Assembly (NCBI GenBank): GCA_964591315.1
Contig: CAZQAT010000001.1
Location: 81,673-145,672 of the forward strand
Length of the DNA stretch: 64,000 bases
Reading direction: 5' to 3'
Source: an uncultured Planctomycetaceae bacterium
Lineage (GTDB): Bacteria > Planctomycetota > UBA1135 > GCA-002686595
Shown here: positions 26,273 through 36,249 of the stretch, piece after piece
Layout of the letters: each line of letters starts with the position of its first letter
Numbering within the stretch: the stretch's first letter is position 1
Translations under genes and position numbers: made by a program
Notes under the pieces: generated by a model
Database searches by the model: none
Seen by the model: only the letters and a program-made list of their open reading frames with translations
Told to the model about the DNA's origin: nothing

Positions 26273-27760
26273 TCAGCTCCGCTTGGGGGCCACACGCTCG
26301 CCGAAGCCCGCGTTGGAGCGGTGCTCGTGGGGGTCCTCGAGCATCTCGATCGCCATCTCGCGCTGGAAGGGCGGGACGACGAAGCGGTCCTCGAAGGTGG
26401 CCAGCGCCGACAGCTTGTAGATGTCCGTGGCCTCCTCCGCGGTCAGGTCGGCCTCCATCAGGGAGCGCTGGGCCTTCTCCTCGTCGATGTCACCGACGGT
26501 GACGTGCCGACGCCAGACCCGCACGGCGAGCTGCTTGCGCAGGGCGTAGCGCAGCTTGCCCAGGTTGCCGCCGGTGAACATGCTGCCCAGGTACTCCATC
26601 GGGGCCCGGGCCTTGTCGATGTCGGCGAAGAGCTCGTCCAGGTCGTTCTTGACCACGTCGCCCTGGGTCATCGACATGACCGGCAGGAGCGGCGGCACGT
26701 AGAAGAGCATCGGGAAGGTGCGGTACTCCACGTGCATCGGGAGAGCGATCTTCCAGTCCTTGACGTACTTGTAGACCGGCGACTTGCGGGCGCTGGCGAT
26801 CACGCCCTCCGGCACTCCGTTGCGCCGCGCCTCCCGGATGACCTGGGGGTCGTGGGGGTCGAGGATCATCTCGCGCTGGGCGTCCACGAGCTCCTCGTCC
26901 TTGAGGAGCGCCATCTCGTGGATCTTGTCCGCGTCGTAGAGCAGGTTGCCCAGGTAGCGGATGCGGCCCACGCAGGAGTGGAAGCAGGCCGGGGCCTGGC
27001 CCGACTCGAGGCGCGGGAAGCAGAGGATGCACTTCTCCGACTTGCCGGTGGACCAGTTGTAGTAGGTCTTCTTGTAGGGGCAGGCCGGGATGCAGGCGCG
27101 CCAGGCGCGGCAGACGTCCTGGTTGACGAGCACGATGCCGTCCTCCCCGCGCTTGTGGAGGGCGCCCGAGGGGCAGGCAGCCACGCAGGCCGGGTTGAGG
27201 CAGTGGTTGCAGATGCGCGGGGCGTAGAAGAACGCGATGCGCTCGATGGCAAGCATCTGCTCGCGCTGCTCGGCGGACAGCCCGTCCATGTTCGGGTCGT
27301 TCTTCGCGTAGACCTGCGAGCCCCCGAGGTCGTCGTCCCAGTTCGGGCCGGACTCCACGTCGATGTGCTCGCCGGTGATCATGGACACGGGCCGCGCCGT
27401 GGGCTGGTCGTCGCCCTCGGGGGCGTTGAACAGGTCCTCGTAGCGGTACGTCCAGGGCTCGTAGTAGTCGTCCATCGACGGCTGAGCCGGGTTGTGGAAG
27501 ATGTTCGGCACGAGCTTGGCCTTGCTCGTCGAGCGCAGCTCGAGCTGCTTGCCGTCGGTCTTCCAGCCGCCCTTGTAGGCATCCTGGTCCTCCCACTTCG
27601 TGGGGTAGCCGGTGCCGGGCTTGGTCTCGACGTTGTTCCACCACATGTAGTCCGTGCCTTCGCGGTCGGTCCACACGTTCTTGCAGGCGATGCTGCAGGT
27701 GTGGCAACCGATGCACTTGTCGAGGTGGAAGACCATCGACACTTGTGAGCGAACGTCCAT
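26273..27760 (-). CDS. narH: Respiratory nitrate reductase beta subunit NarH
   Basis: The N-terminus MDVRSQVSMVFHLDKCIGCHTCSIACKNVW is almost identical in pattern to enterobacterial NarH. Further Fe-S motifs are CNHCLNPACVAACP and CRAWRACIPACP. Confidence 0.95.
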   Translation of the reverse strand: MDVRSQVSMVFHLDKCIGCHTCSIACKNVWTDREGTDYMWWNNVETKPGTGYPTKWEDQDAYKGGWKTDGKQLELRSTSKAKLVPNIFHNPAQPSMDDYYEPWTYRYEDLFNAPEGDDQPTARPVSMITGEHIDVESGPNWDDDLGGSQVYAKNDPNMDGLSAEQREQMLAIERIAFFYAPRICNHCLNPACVAACPSGALHKRGEDGIVLVNQDVCRAWRACIPACPYKKTYYNWSTGKSEKCILCFPRLESGQAPACFHSCVGRIRYLGNLLYDADKIHEMALLKDEELVDAQREMILDPHDPQVIREARRNGVPEGVIASARKSPVYKYVKDWKIALPMHVEYRTFPMLFYVPPLLPVMSMTQGDVVKNDLDELFADIDKARAPMEYLGSMFTGGNLGKLRYALRKQLAVRVWRRHVTVGDIDEEKAQRSLMEADLTAEEATDIYKLSALATFEDRFVVPPFQREMAIEMLEDPHEHRSNAGFGERVAPKRS

Positions 27761-27783
27761 GGATCAGGTCCTTCTGGCTGGGG

Positions 27784-30700
27784 TTACCAGGTGAGCTTGG
27801 GGAGCTTGCGCACGAGGATGTGCGTGTCGCGGTTGCAGCCCGTGGGCCCCCAGTAGTTGAAGTGGTAGGTGAACTGCGCGTAGCCGCCGAGCATCAGGTT
27901 CGGCTTGAGGCGCGTTCGCACGAGGCTGTTGTGGCCGCCGGCGCGTCGGTTGCCCCTGAGGGGTGACTTCGGCACGGAGTAGGTGCGCTCCGGCGAGTGG
28001 TAGATGATGCAGATGCCGCGCGGGATCCTCGCGCTGACCGCGGCCCGCGTAACGACGACGCCGTGGTCGTTGTGGACCTCGACCCAGTCGTTGTCGACGA
28101 CCCCGATCTCCTCCGCGTCCTGGGGGTTGCACCAGAAGGGCTCGACGCCGCGCGAGAGGGTCGACATGCGCTGGTTGTCCCCGTACGTGGAGTGGATGTG
28201 CCACTTCCCGTGGGGGGTCAGGTAGTTCAGCATCAGCGTGCGGCCCTCCTGCTTGCTGAAGTTCAGGTCCGCGTACTGGTGCGGCTGAGGCTTCGGCTTG
28301 TAGGTGGGCAGGTGCTCGCCGAACTGGATGTAGCCCGGGTGGTCCAGGTAGAGGTGCTGGCGCCCGGTCAGGGTGCGCCAGGGCACCATGCGCTCGCGGT
28401 TGTAGGTGAAGGGCGCGTAGGGGCGGCCCTTGTCGCACAGGCCGGACCACATGGGGCTGTTGAGCAGGCGCCGCGGCTGGGCCTGAATGTCGGCGAAGCT
28501 CGTCCGCACGTCGCGGGTGTTCGCGGCCAGGTCGACCAGGGGCATGCCGGTCTTCTTCTCCATGCCCTCGTACGAGCGGTAGGCGAGCTCGCCATTCGTC
28601 ACCGTCGCGAAGCGCAGCACGATGTTGGCGGCGTCCTCCGCTTCCCGCAGGGAGGGGTAGGTGGTGTCGCCCCAGTGCTCCACCGGCGCCGTGGCCAGGG
28701 CCTCGTCGTAGAAGTCCTCGACCTCGTAGTGGGTGCCGTGGGCTCCTAGGCCGTTCTTGCGGACGTCTCGCCCGTAGGAGCAGAACTGCTTGTAGAGGTT
28801 CGGGTAGTCGCGCTCGACGACCTTGAAGCCCGGCATGGTCTTGCCCGGGATTGCCTCGCACTCACCATCGATCCAGCTCTCGATGCGCGGCTGGGCGATC
28901 TCGGCCGGGGAGTCGTGGGCCAGGGGCACGGCGACCACGTCCTTGGTCTTTCCGGGCAGGTGCTTCTCAGCCAGCTCGCTGAAGCGCTGCGAGATCTCGG
29001 CGAAGATGTCCCAGTCGCTCTTCGACTCCCAGCAGGGCGGCACGGCCGCCGAGAGGGGGTGGATGAACGAGTGCATGTCGGTCGAATTGAGGTCGCTCTT
29101 CTCGTACCAGGTGGCCGCCGGCAGGATGATGTCGGAGTACAGGGCCGTGGTGTCCATGCGGAAGTTGAGGTCCACCACCAGGTCCATCTTTCCGGCGGGG
29201 CCCTCCTCGACCCACTCGACGTCCTTCACGGAGTCCTGGGCCATGTCCTCGTTGATCTGGTTCGTGTGCGTCCCGAGGTAGTGGTGCAGGAAGTACTCGT
29301 GCCCCTTGGCGGAGGACATCAGGGCGTTGCCGCGCCAGATCCACCACAGCCGTGGCCAGCACTCCTCGGCGTCCGGACGCTCGATGGCGAACTTCAGGTC
29401 GCGCTTCTTGAGGCGCTCGACCAGGTGCTCGGGGACGTCCTTGCCGGCCTCCTCGGCCTGCTTGACGAGCTCGAGGGGGTTCTCGTCGAACTGGGGGTAG
29501 AACGGCAGCCAGCCGTTGCGCACCGCCCGCACGTTCGAGTCGATCGTGTGCTCGTCGACGATGTTCTTCTCGGGCTGGTCAGCGGGCACCGTGTGGTAGT
29601 CCCGGAAGCTCTTCTCGTAGCGCCACTGGTCCGAGTGCACGTAGTGCCAGCTCGGGCCGTTCTGGAGGCGCGAGGGTCCGTACCAGTCCTTCGAGAGGGC
29701 CACGCTGGCCCAGGACTCCATGGGCGCGAGCTTCTCCTGGCCGACGTAGTGGGCGAGGCCGCCGCCGTTGGTGCCCACGCAGCCGCAGAACACCAGGGCC
29801 TGGATGGCGGCCCGGTACATCAGGTTGGCGTGGTACCAGTGGTTGACGCCGGCGCCGATGATGACCGTGCACTTGCCCTCGGTCTTCTGGGCCGTCACGG
29901 CCCACTCGCGGGCGAAGCGGATCAGGGTGTCGCGGGAGATGCCCGTGTAGCGCTCGGCCCAGGCGGGGGTGTAGACCGTGTCGTCGTCGTAGCTCTCGGG
30001 GTAGTCGCCCTCGAGGCCGCGGCCGACGCCGTAGGTGGCCATCAAGAGGTCGAAGACCGTCGCCACGCGCACCGGACCGTCGGCGGTCTCGATCGTCCGC
30101 ACCGGGACGCCCCGGTGTGTGGTTCCGCCGGCGGCGAAGTCGTCGAAGGCGACCTGGAGCACCCCGTCGTTCTGGTCCAGGAAGGTCAGCTCCGGGTCGA
30201 TGGCGCTTCCGTCGACGCCGTCCTTCAGCTCGAGGTTCCACTTGCCCTGGGCCTCGCCCCAGCGGTGGCCGACGCTGCCCAGGGGCATCTTCGCCCGGCC
30301 GTCGCCGGCGTCCCACATGAGGAACTTCCAGTCCCCGTTCTCCTCGCCGTCGTAGCCCTCCACGCGGCCCGCCCGCAGGAGCTGCCCGGCCTTCCAGCCG
30401 TCGCCCGCCGGCTCGAGCTCGACCAGGAAGGGCGAGTCCGAGAACTGCTTCAGGTAGTCGAGGAAGAAGGGCGTCTTCTCCCCGTGGTGGAACTCGTTCA
30501 GGATCACGTGGTTGACGGCCATCCACCAGGCGCCGTCCTGCCCCGCGTTGAGGGAGATCCACTCGTCCGCGTACTTCGCGACCTGGTTGAAGTCCGGCGC
30601 GAAGACCACCATCTTCGACCCGTTCTGGCGCGCCTCGGCGGCGAAGTGCACGTCCGGGGTGCGGGTCATGTTCAGGTTGGCCCCCATGACCGCCAGGAAC

Positions 30701-31407
30701 TTGGCGTTGAACCAGTCCGCGGACTCGTTCACGTCCGTCTGCTCGCCCCAGGTCTCCGGGGAGGCGTTGGGCAGGTCGCAGTACCAGTCGTAGAAGGACA
30801 GGTTGACCCCGCCCATCAGCTGCAGCATGCGCGAGCCCGCCGCGTAGGAGAGCATCGACATGGCCGGGATGGGGGAGAAGCCGGTGATCCGGTCCGGGCC
30901 GTGGGCCTGGATGGTGTGCACCGCCGCGGCGGCCTGGATGTCGAGCACCGTGTCCCAGTCGGTGCGCCGCAGGCCGCCCTTGCCCCGGGCGCGCTGGTAG
31001 CGGGCGCGCTTCTCCGGGTCGTTCATCAGGCTGCGCCAGGCCTCGACCGGGTCGTCGTGGCGGGCACTCGCCTCACGCCACAGGTCGAGCAGCGCCCCGC
31101 GGATCATCGGGTACTTCACCCGCAGGGGGCTGTAGAGGTACCAGGAGTAGGAGATGCCGCGCTGGCAGCCGCGGGGCTCGTAGGGCGGGATGCCCTCCTG
31201 GATCGACGGGTAGTCCAGGGCTTGCATCTCCCAGGCGACGATCCCGTCCTTGACGTGGATGTTCCAGGAGCACGAGCCCGTGCAGTTCACGCCGTGGGTG
31301 CTGCGCACGACCCGGTCGTGCTGCCAGCGGTTGCGGTAGAACTCCTCCCACTTGCGGTTGGAGGGGTCGACGCGGTCGAGGATGAAGGGGTTCTTACCTT
31401 GGTCCAT
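27784..31407 (-). CDS. narG: Respiratory nitrate reductase alpha subunit NarG (cytoplasm-facing nNar type)
   Basis: The N-terminal signature is [35 protein letters not shown] (FS0 cluster). The protein is 1207 aa and has no functional twin-arginine signal. Confidence 0.95.
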   Translation of the reverse strand: MDQGKNPFILDRVDPSNRKWEEFYRNRWQHDRVVRSTHGVNCTGSCSWNIHVKDGIVAWEMQALDYPSIQEGIPPYEPRGCQRGISYSWYLYSPLRVKYPMIRGALLDLWREASARHDDPVEAWRSLMNDPEKRARYQRARGKGGLRRTDWDTVLDIQAAAAVHTIQAHGPDRITGFSPIPAMSMLSYAAGSRMLQLMGGVNLSFYDWYCDLPNASPETWGEQTDVNESADWFNAKFLAVMGANLNMTRTPDVHFAAEARQNGSKMVVFAPDFNQVAKYADEWISLNAGQDGAWWMAVNHVILNEFHHGEKTPFFLDYLKQFSDSPFLVELEPAGDGWKAGQLLRAGRVEGYDGEENGDWKFLMWDAGDGRAKMPLGSVGHRWGEAQGKWNLELKDGVDGSAIDPELTFLDQNDGVLQVAFDDFAAGGTTHRGVPVRTIETADGPVRVATVFDLLMATYGVGRGLEGDYPESYDDDTVYTPAWAERYTGISRDTLIRFAREWAVTAQKTEGKCTVIIGAGVNHWYHANLMYRAAIQALVFCGCVGTNGGGLAHYVGQEKLAPMESWASVALSKDWYGPSRLQNGPSWHYVHSDQWRYEKSFRDYHTVPADQPEKNIVDEHTIDSNVRAVRNGWLPFYPQFDENPLELVKQAEEAGKDVPEHLVERLKKRDLKFAIERPDAEECWPRLWWIWRGNALMSSAKGHEYFLHHYLGTHTNQINEDMAQDSVKDVEWVEEGPAGKMDLVVDLNFRMDTTALYSDIILPAATWYEKSDLNSTDMHSFIHPLSAAVPPCWESKSDWDIFAEISQRFSELAEKHLPGKTKDVVAVPLAHDSPAEIAQPRIESWIDGECEAIPGKTMPGFKVVERDYPNLYKQFCSYGRDVRKNGLGAHGTHYEVEDFYDEALATAPVEHWGDTTYPSLREAEDAANIVLRFATVTNGELAYRSYEGMEKKTGMPLVDLAANTRDVRTSFADIQAQPRRLLNSPMWSGLCDKGRPYAPFTYNRERMVPWRTLTGRQHLYLDHPGYIQFGEHLPTYKPKPQPHQYADLNFSKQEGRTLMLNYLTPHGKWHIHSTYGDNQRMSTLSRGVEPFWCNPQDAEEIGVVDNDWVEVHNDHGVVVTRAAVSARIPRGICIIYHSPERTYSVPKSPLRGNRRAGGHNSLVRTRLKPNLMLGGYAQFTYHFNYWGPTGCNRDTHILVRKLPKLTW

Positions 31408-31423
31408 GAGGCTCGTAGCAGGC

Positions 31424-32278
31424 TCAGCGTTGGGCGAGGAGGGCGCGGCGCACGGTGCGGAAGCGGCGGCGCCAGAGGACGTCGAAGAGCACCATCAGCA
31501 GGGCCGCCATCAGGATCCCGGCCAGCACGAACTCGAGGGCCGTGGTGGGGGCCTCCACCTGCCCGCTCTCGGCCTCGCGCTGCAGGTAGGCGACCAGGGC
31601 CAGGACCTCTTCGGAGTCCATGGGGCTGTCCGAGAACAGGGGCTGCATCACCACCGAGGGCGGGGAGCTGAGCCAGGCACCGAGGGCCTTGCGCCCCTCG
31701 AGGCGCGAGTAGGCGCCGGTCAGGTCGGGACCCAGGCGCCCGCCGCCGAGACCGTCGAGGCCGCCGACCGCGTGGCAGGAGATGCAGGCCGGGCCGCCGG
31801 CCTCGAACTGCTCCTGGCCGGTGAAGAGCGCCCGTCCGCGGGCCACGTCGACCTCGGTCAGGGGGCGGTCGCTGAGCTGCACGCCGGCGAAGCGCGAGGT
31901 CTCGAGGGCCGACTCGGCGTCGATCAGGTCGAGCAGCTTGCCCGCCAGCTCTCGGTCGCCGGCCAGGGGCGACATGACGGCCCCGTTCGCGTCGGCCAGG
32001 AGCTTCAGGGCGTAGGGATCGCCGCTGTCGATGACTCCCTGGGGATCGAGCATGAAGTCGACCAACCACGCGCGCTCCTGGCGGGTGGAGACGTCCTTCA
32101 GGTCCGGCCCGCTCAGGGCGCCGCCTCCGATCGTGTGGCAGCTCGAGCAGCTGGTCTTGAAGAACTTGATCGACTCCTCGGAGGGCGGGTCCTGGGCCGC
32201 GAGGGGCGCGGCGGTCAAGAGGACCGCGGAGAGGAGCGTGGGGAGGGGCGGTATTCGGAGTCCAGACACGGGGTGCAC
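31424..32278 (-). CDS. Membrane-anchored periplasmic dihaem cytochrome c, first gene of the nar operon (NarC-like architecture)
   Basis: GTG start. The signal peptide is [18 protein letters not shown]. There are two CXXCH motifs (CSSCH, CISCH) and a C-terminal TM segment, [20 protein letters not shown]. The stop lies 16 nt before the narG start. Confidence 0.75.
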   Translation of the reverse strand: MHPVSGLRIPPLPTLLSAVLLTAAPLAAQDPPSEESIKFFKTSCSSCHTIGGGALSGPDLKDVSTRQERAWLVDFMLDPQGVIDSGDPYALKLLADANGAVMSPLAGDRELAGKLLDLIDAESALETSRFAGVQLSDRPLTEVDVARGRALFTGQEQFEAGGPACISCHAVGGLDGLGGGRLGPDLTGAYSRLEGRKALGAWLSSPPSVVMQPLFSDSPMDSEEVLALVAYLQREAESGQVEAPTTALEFVLAGILMAALLMVLFDVLWRRRFRTVRRALLAQR

Positions 32279-32310
32279 CTCGGCGTGGGAGGGGAGGTCT
32301 GGACCCCCTT

Positions 32311-32327
32311 GTGCAAGGGGTGTGCCG
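32311..32327 (-). promoter_or_regulatory. Sigma-54 (-24/-12) promoter upstream of the narC-like gene
   Basis: The minus strand reads cGGCACaccccTTGCAc, with GG and GC in exact consensus spacing (TGGCAC-N5-TTGCW). The -12 element ends 34 nt before the GTG start. Confidence 0.6.
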
Positions 32328-32367
32328 CGGCGAGATCGCCAGTGGCGGTGCCCTCAGCGGGGGCGGC

Positions 32368-32408
32368 CTGCATACGCCCGTATGCAGCGGGCCGCGTGCC
32401 GTATGCAC
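32368..32408. promoter_or_regulatory. Candidate enhancer (UAS): perfect palindrome CTGCATAC-GCCC-GTATGCAG plus an extra GTATGCAC half-site
   Basis: Read directly. The palindrome centre is about 50 bp upstream of the -24 element. The same TGCATA(S)-N4-(S)TATGCA architecture recurs at 36181-36198. Confidence 0.5.
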
Positions 32409-32436
32409 TCGGCAGCTCGGCTCTGGCGGGGAGTGC

Positions 32437-33861
32437 CTAGCGGAACCTGCCCGGGTCGATCCCGAGCTGGCGCAGGATGCGCTGCAGGGCCGCGCGGGTC
32501 ATTCCGCAGCGCTGGGCCGCCTGGGAGACGTTGCCCCCGGTGCCCTCGAGGGCCCGCTGCACGAACTCCCGCTGGAAGGCCTCCACCGCCTGCTTCTTGC
32601 CCTGCGCGTAGTCGGTCACGTCCTGCGCGCCGCGCGCCGGCCCGGCCTGGCTCCAGCCCTGGGGGCTGAGCCCCAGGTGGTGGGGCAGGAGCTTCTGCCC
32701 ACCGCAGACCACCAGGGCCCGCACCATCGCGTTCTGCAGCTCGCGCACGTTCCCGGGCCAGGGGTGGTCCCGCAGGGCGTCGGTGGCGCTGGCGCTCAGC
32801 TGCGGGGACTCCGCGCCGGGGCCGAGGCAGGTGGCCGCGGCGTCGGAGAGGAAGCGCAGGGCCAGGGGCAAGACGTCCAGGGGCCGCTCGCGCAGGGGCG
32901 GCAGGTGAATGCGCACGACGCTGATCCGGTAGAAGAGGTCCTCGCGGAACTCGCCGCTCGCGATGCGCGCCTCCAGGTCGCGGTTCGTGGCGCACACCAG
33001 GCGAAAGTCGACGGGCACGTCCCGGTCGCCGCCCACCGGGCGTACGACCTTCTCCTCGAGCACCCGCAGGAGCTTGCCCTGGAAGCCGGCGGACATGGAG
33101 CACAGCTCGTCGAGGAAGACCGTGCCGCCCTGGGCCTGCTCGAACAGGCCGGGGTGGTCCCGGTCCGCGCCGGTGAAGGCGCCCTTGCGGTGCCCGAAGA
33201 GCTCGGACTCGAGCAGGGAGTCGGAGAGGGCCGCGGCGTTGACCGCCAGGAAGGGGCGCTCGGGGTGACCGCTGCGCGCGTGGATGGCCGAGGCCACCAC
33301 CTCCTTGCCCGTGCCGCTCTCGCCCTCGACCAGGACCGGGACCGGGCCCGCGGCCACGCGCTCGACGAGCTGCATGACCCGCTGCATGGCCGGGTCCTCC
33401 GCCACCAGCTCGGGCCGCTCGGCGTCCGGGTCCTGGGTCTGGCGCGCAGCAAGGAGCTGGCGCCCGAGCCGCTCGACCAGGGACAGCACCTCGCGGTTCT
33501 CGAAGGGCTTGGTCATGAAGTGCGCGGCCCCGTTCTGCAGGCAGGAGACCGCGGTCTGGATCGTGCCGAAGCCGGTCAGCACCACCACCTCGACCTCCGG
33601 CGCGCGCTCCTTGACCGCCGGCAAGAGCTCGGTGCCGGTCATACGCGGCATCATCAGGTCCGTCAGCACCAGGTCCGGCTGGAAGCGGTCGAGGACCTCG
33701 AGGGCCTCGAGGCCGTCGGCGGCGGTGGCGACCCTTGCGCCGAGGGTGCCGATCAGCTTCTCCAGCCCGCGGCGGATGTCCGTCTCGTCGTCGACCACCA
33801 GCACGCGCAGGCCGGTGATGGGGGGGGAGCTCACGGAGGTCTTCGGGACCGTCTGGGTCAT
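32437..33861 (-). CDS. Sigma-54-dependent response regulator (NtrC family: REC + AAA+ + Fis-type HTH)
   Basis: REC domain: VLVVDDETDIRRGL...LVLTDLMMP. Walker A: GESGTGKEV. Sigma-54 contact loop: GAFTGA. Also present are FLDEL, NVRELQN, and the C-terminal HTH NVSQAAQRCGMTRAALQRILRQLG. Confidence 0.9.
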   Translation of the reverse strand: MTQTVPKTSVSSPPITGLRVLVVDDETDIRRGLEKLIGTLGARVATAADGLEALEVLDRFQPDLVLTDLMMPRMTGTELLPAVKERAPEVEVVVLTGFGTIQTAVSCLQNGAAHFMTKPFENREVLSLVERLGRQLLAARQTQDPDAERPELVAEDPAMQRVMQLVERVAAGPVPVLVEGESGTGKEVVASAIHARSGHPERPFLAVNAAALSDSLLESELFGHRKGAFTGADRDHPGLFEQAQGGTVFLDELCSMSAGFQGKLLRVLEEKVVRPVGGDRDVPVDFRLVCATNRDLEARIASGEFREDLFYRISVVRIHLPPLRERPLDVLPLALRFLSDAAATCLGPGAESPQLSASATDALRDHPWPGNVRELQNAMVRALVVCGGQKLLPHHLGLSPQGWSQAGPARGAQDVTDYAQGKKQAVEAFQREFVQRALEGTGGNVSQAAQRCGMTRAALQRILRQLGIDPGRFR

Positions 33862-36116
33862 GGGGTGGTGGGGAGCGCCGTGGATTCGTGGACGGGGGCC
33901 GTGTCGAGCAGCAGCCGCACCCGGAAGTGGCTGCCGCGGGGGGAGCTGTCCAGGAGCTGGAGGGTGCCCCCGTGCATCTCGGTGATGCGCCGCGCAGTGG
34001 GGAGGCCGAGGCCGGTGCCCTCGCCGCGCTCCTTGGTGGAGTAGAAGGGGCGGAAGATCTTCTGGCGCGCCTCCTCGGGGATGCCGGCGCCGGTGTCGTG
34101 GATGTCGACCACCGCATAGCCCTCCTCGGCGCGGGTCGCCACGCGCACCTCGCCGCCGTCGGCGCCGATGGCCTGGATGGCGTTCACCAGGAGGTTGACG
34201 AAGACCTGCCGGAGCTGGATCTCGTCCATGTTGACCTCCAGGGACCGCTCGGCGAGGTCGAGCTCGATGCGGACGTTCGAGCGCTCCCGCAGGAGGCGCA
34301 GGAAGCCCGTCACGTCCTCGACGGTCGTGTTGACGTCCACCGCCCCCAGGTCCGGGGTCTGGTTGTTCGAGTAGTCGAGCAGGTCGCGGATCGTGCGCTT
34401 GCAGGACTCCACGTTGCGCTGGATGACCTCCACGTTCTCCTGCAGCCCCGGGTGTTGTGGGAGCTCGGTGGCCAGCATCTGGTTGTAGAGGCTGATGGCC
34501 GCCAGGGGGTTGTTGAGCTCGTGGGCCATGACCGCCGCCACCTCGCCCAGCACCGCCAGGCGCTCCTGGTGGATCTGGCGCTCGTCCTGGGTGATCCGGT
34601 CGCCGATGTCGCGGCTGACCAGCACGCGACCCGAGAGGCCGCGGGCGTCCGGGGCCAGGCGCGTGGCGTGGATCTCGAAGACGCCGCCTCCGATCTCGAC
34701 CACGCAGGAGCGCGAGCCGACGTCCGGCGAGAAGAGGCAGGTGCGGCAGGCGGTGCGCTCCTCCTCCGCGTTGGCGCAGGTGTGGTGGGAGGTCAGCTCC
34801 ACGCGCTCCGTGCGCAGGGCCTCGAGCAGGGGCTCGGCGGCGTCGTTGTGGACCACGAGCTGACCCTCGGGGTCGAGCACCACCAGCCCGTCGCGCATGG
34901 AGGAGATCACCTTGCGCAGGCGGTCGCGCTCGAAGGCCAGGGCCTCCTGGCCCTCGCGCAGGGCGTCGGCCGTGCTCTCCAGGTGGTGGGTGCGCTGCTC
35001 GATGGCGCCCGCCATCATGTTGAAGGCCGAGGCCAGCTCGCCGAACTCGTCCTTCTGGTCGAGCTCCACCCGCACCTCCAGGTCGCCCCCCGCCAGCCGC
35101 CGGGCCGCGCTCGCCAGGTGTTGCAGGGGCCGGGTCAGGAAGCTCATCGGCAGCAGGAACAGCACGCAGGCGACCACGCTCAAGATGGCCCCGAAGCCCA
35201 TGAAGCGGCTCTGCAGGCCGGCCACCGCGGCGCGGATGCCCTCGCCCGGCAGCGCCACGTGCACGGCCCAGCCCGCGGCGGGCATGGGAAAGCTGTGGTG
35301 CAGGGCGTCCGCGCTGTCCTGGCTGCCCTGGGCGTTCACCAGCCGCAGGCCGAAACCGGAGCGCACCAGCTCCGAGTCCGGGCCCGGTCCGTGGCTCGTG
35401 GTCAGATCGGGATGCACGGCCAGGCGCTGGCCCCCGGCGTCCTGCAGCTCGAGCCCCGGGCGGCCGCTGGAGGCCTCGGAGTCGAAGCCGCTGGTCTGCA
35501 GGGCCCCGACGATCCAGACCCCGGGGTGCACCCAGGCGATCAACTGGCCCAGCGGCTGGCGCCCCTCCCGGCTGTGGAGAGGGGTGCCGAGGGCGATGCG
35601 CGGGTGGGGGGCCTCCTCCCCGGCGGGGATCCAGTTGGAGAACCAGGGGGAGCCCTCGCGGTGCGGGCCCCGGGGGAGGTCGGCGGGGGAGGACCCGGTG
35701 GTGTGCACCAGGGCACCGTCCGGCCCGACGATCGCCAGGTCCATGAAGGCCGGCTCGATCGAGAGCTTGTTCTGGACGAGGTGCTGCTGCAGCTCCCCCT
35801 CGAGCACCGCGCGCACCCGGTCGCCCTCCAGGAGGGCCTCCGCGTGGTCGCGGATGAAGCCGTCGGAGGCGAAGTCCTGCAGGCGCGAGCCCAGGAGGTC
35901 CAGCCGCCCGTCGAGGGCGGTGGCGTAGGCCCGGGCCTGGAACTCGAGCCGGCCGCCGACCTCCAGCTCGAGGGCCTCCTTGGCGGAGGCCGACACGAAG
36001 TACCCCCCGACCCCGAAGGTCGCCACGCAGACGCTGACGAACATCAGCGCCAGCTTGCTGCGGAGGGTCATTCCACGCATGGGGATCATCTTATCGTCTT
36101 GCTGGTGGAGGGGCAC
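33858..36116 (-). CDS. Membrane sensor histidine kinase (periplasmic domain, HAMP, PAS-like segment with four Cys, HisKA/HATPase)
   Basis: There are two TM segments and the HAMP sequence PLQHLASAARRLAGGDLEVRV...EFGELASAFNMM. H-box: MAHELNNPLAAI. N/G boxes: NLLVNAIQA, DTGAGIPEE, GTGLGLP. The stop overlaps the regulator start (ATGA). The exact start is uncertain: GTG at 36116, or ATGs at 36089, 36080 or 36071. Confidence 0.85.
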   Translation of the reverse strand: MPLHQQDDKMIPMRGMTLRSKLALMFVSVCVATFGVGGYFVSASAKEALELEVGGRLEFQARAYATALDGRLDLLGSRLQDFASDGFIRDHAEALLEGDRVRAVLEGELQQHLVQNKLSIEPAFMDLAIVGPDGALVHTTGSSPADLPRGPHREGSPWFSNWIPAGEEAPHPRIALGTPLHSREGRQPLGQLIAWVHPGVWIVGALQTSGFDSEASSGRPGLELQDAGGQRLAVHPDLTTSHGPGPDSELVRSGFGLRLVNAQGSQDSADALHHSFPMPAAGWAVHVALPGEGIRAAVAGLQSRFMGFGAILSVVACVLFLLPMSFLTRPLQHLASAARRLAGGDLEVRVELDQKDEFGELASAFNMMAGAIEQRTHHLESTADALREGQEALAFERDRLRKVISSMRDGLVVLDPEGQLVVHNDAAEPLLEALRTERVELTSHHTCANAEEERTACRTCLFSPDVGSRSCVVEIGGGVFEIHATRLAPDARGLSGRVLVSRDIGDRITQDERQIHQERLAVLGEVAAVMAHELNNPLAAISLYNQMLATELPQHPGLQENVEVIQRNVESCKRTIRDLLDYSNNQTPDLGAVDVNTTVEDVTGFLRLLRERSNVRIELDLAERSLEVNMDEIQLRQVFVNLLVNAIQAIGADGGEVRVATRAEEGYAVVDIHDTGAGIPEEARQKIFRPFYSTKERGEGTGLGLPTARRITEMHGGTLQLLDSSPRGSHFRVRLLLDTAPVHESTALPTTP

Positions 36117-36169
36117 CTGCAGGCGGACGGATCCCGGCAGGCAGAGCGAGGTTCCCCTCTGCCGCCCCC

Positions 36170-36198
36170 GCTATGCGGGGTGCATAGCGGGCTATGCA
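36170..36198. promoter_or_regulatory. Candidate enhancer (UAS): GCTATGC-GGGGT-GCATAGC overlapping TGCATAG-CGGG-CTATGCA
   Basis: Read directly. There are three TGCATA-type half-sites about 60 bp upstream of the sigma-54 promoter at 36250-36266. Confidence 0.5.
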
Positions 36199-36249
36199 GC
36201 CGGCGGCCCCGCGCCGCCCGTGTCGGGGCCAGGGAGGGGGGCGGCGGCG

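Noticed and set aside
32279-32436. An FNR/CRP-type box (TTGAT-N4-ATCAA) or NarL heptamers upstream of the nar operon.
   Set aside because: No such sequence is present in the 158-bp region. The region is instead occupied by the sigma-54 -24/-12 element and the TGCATA palindromes.
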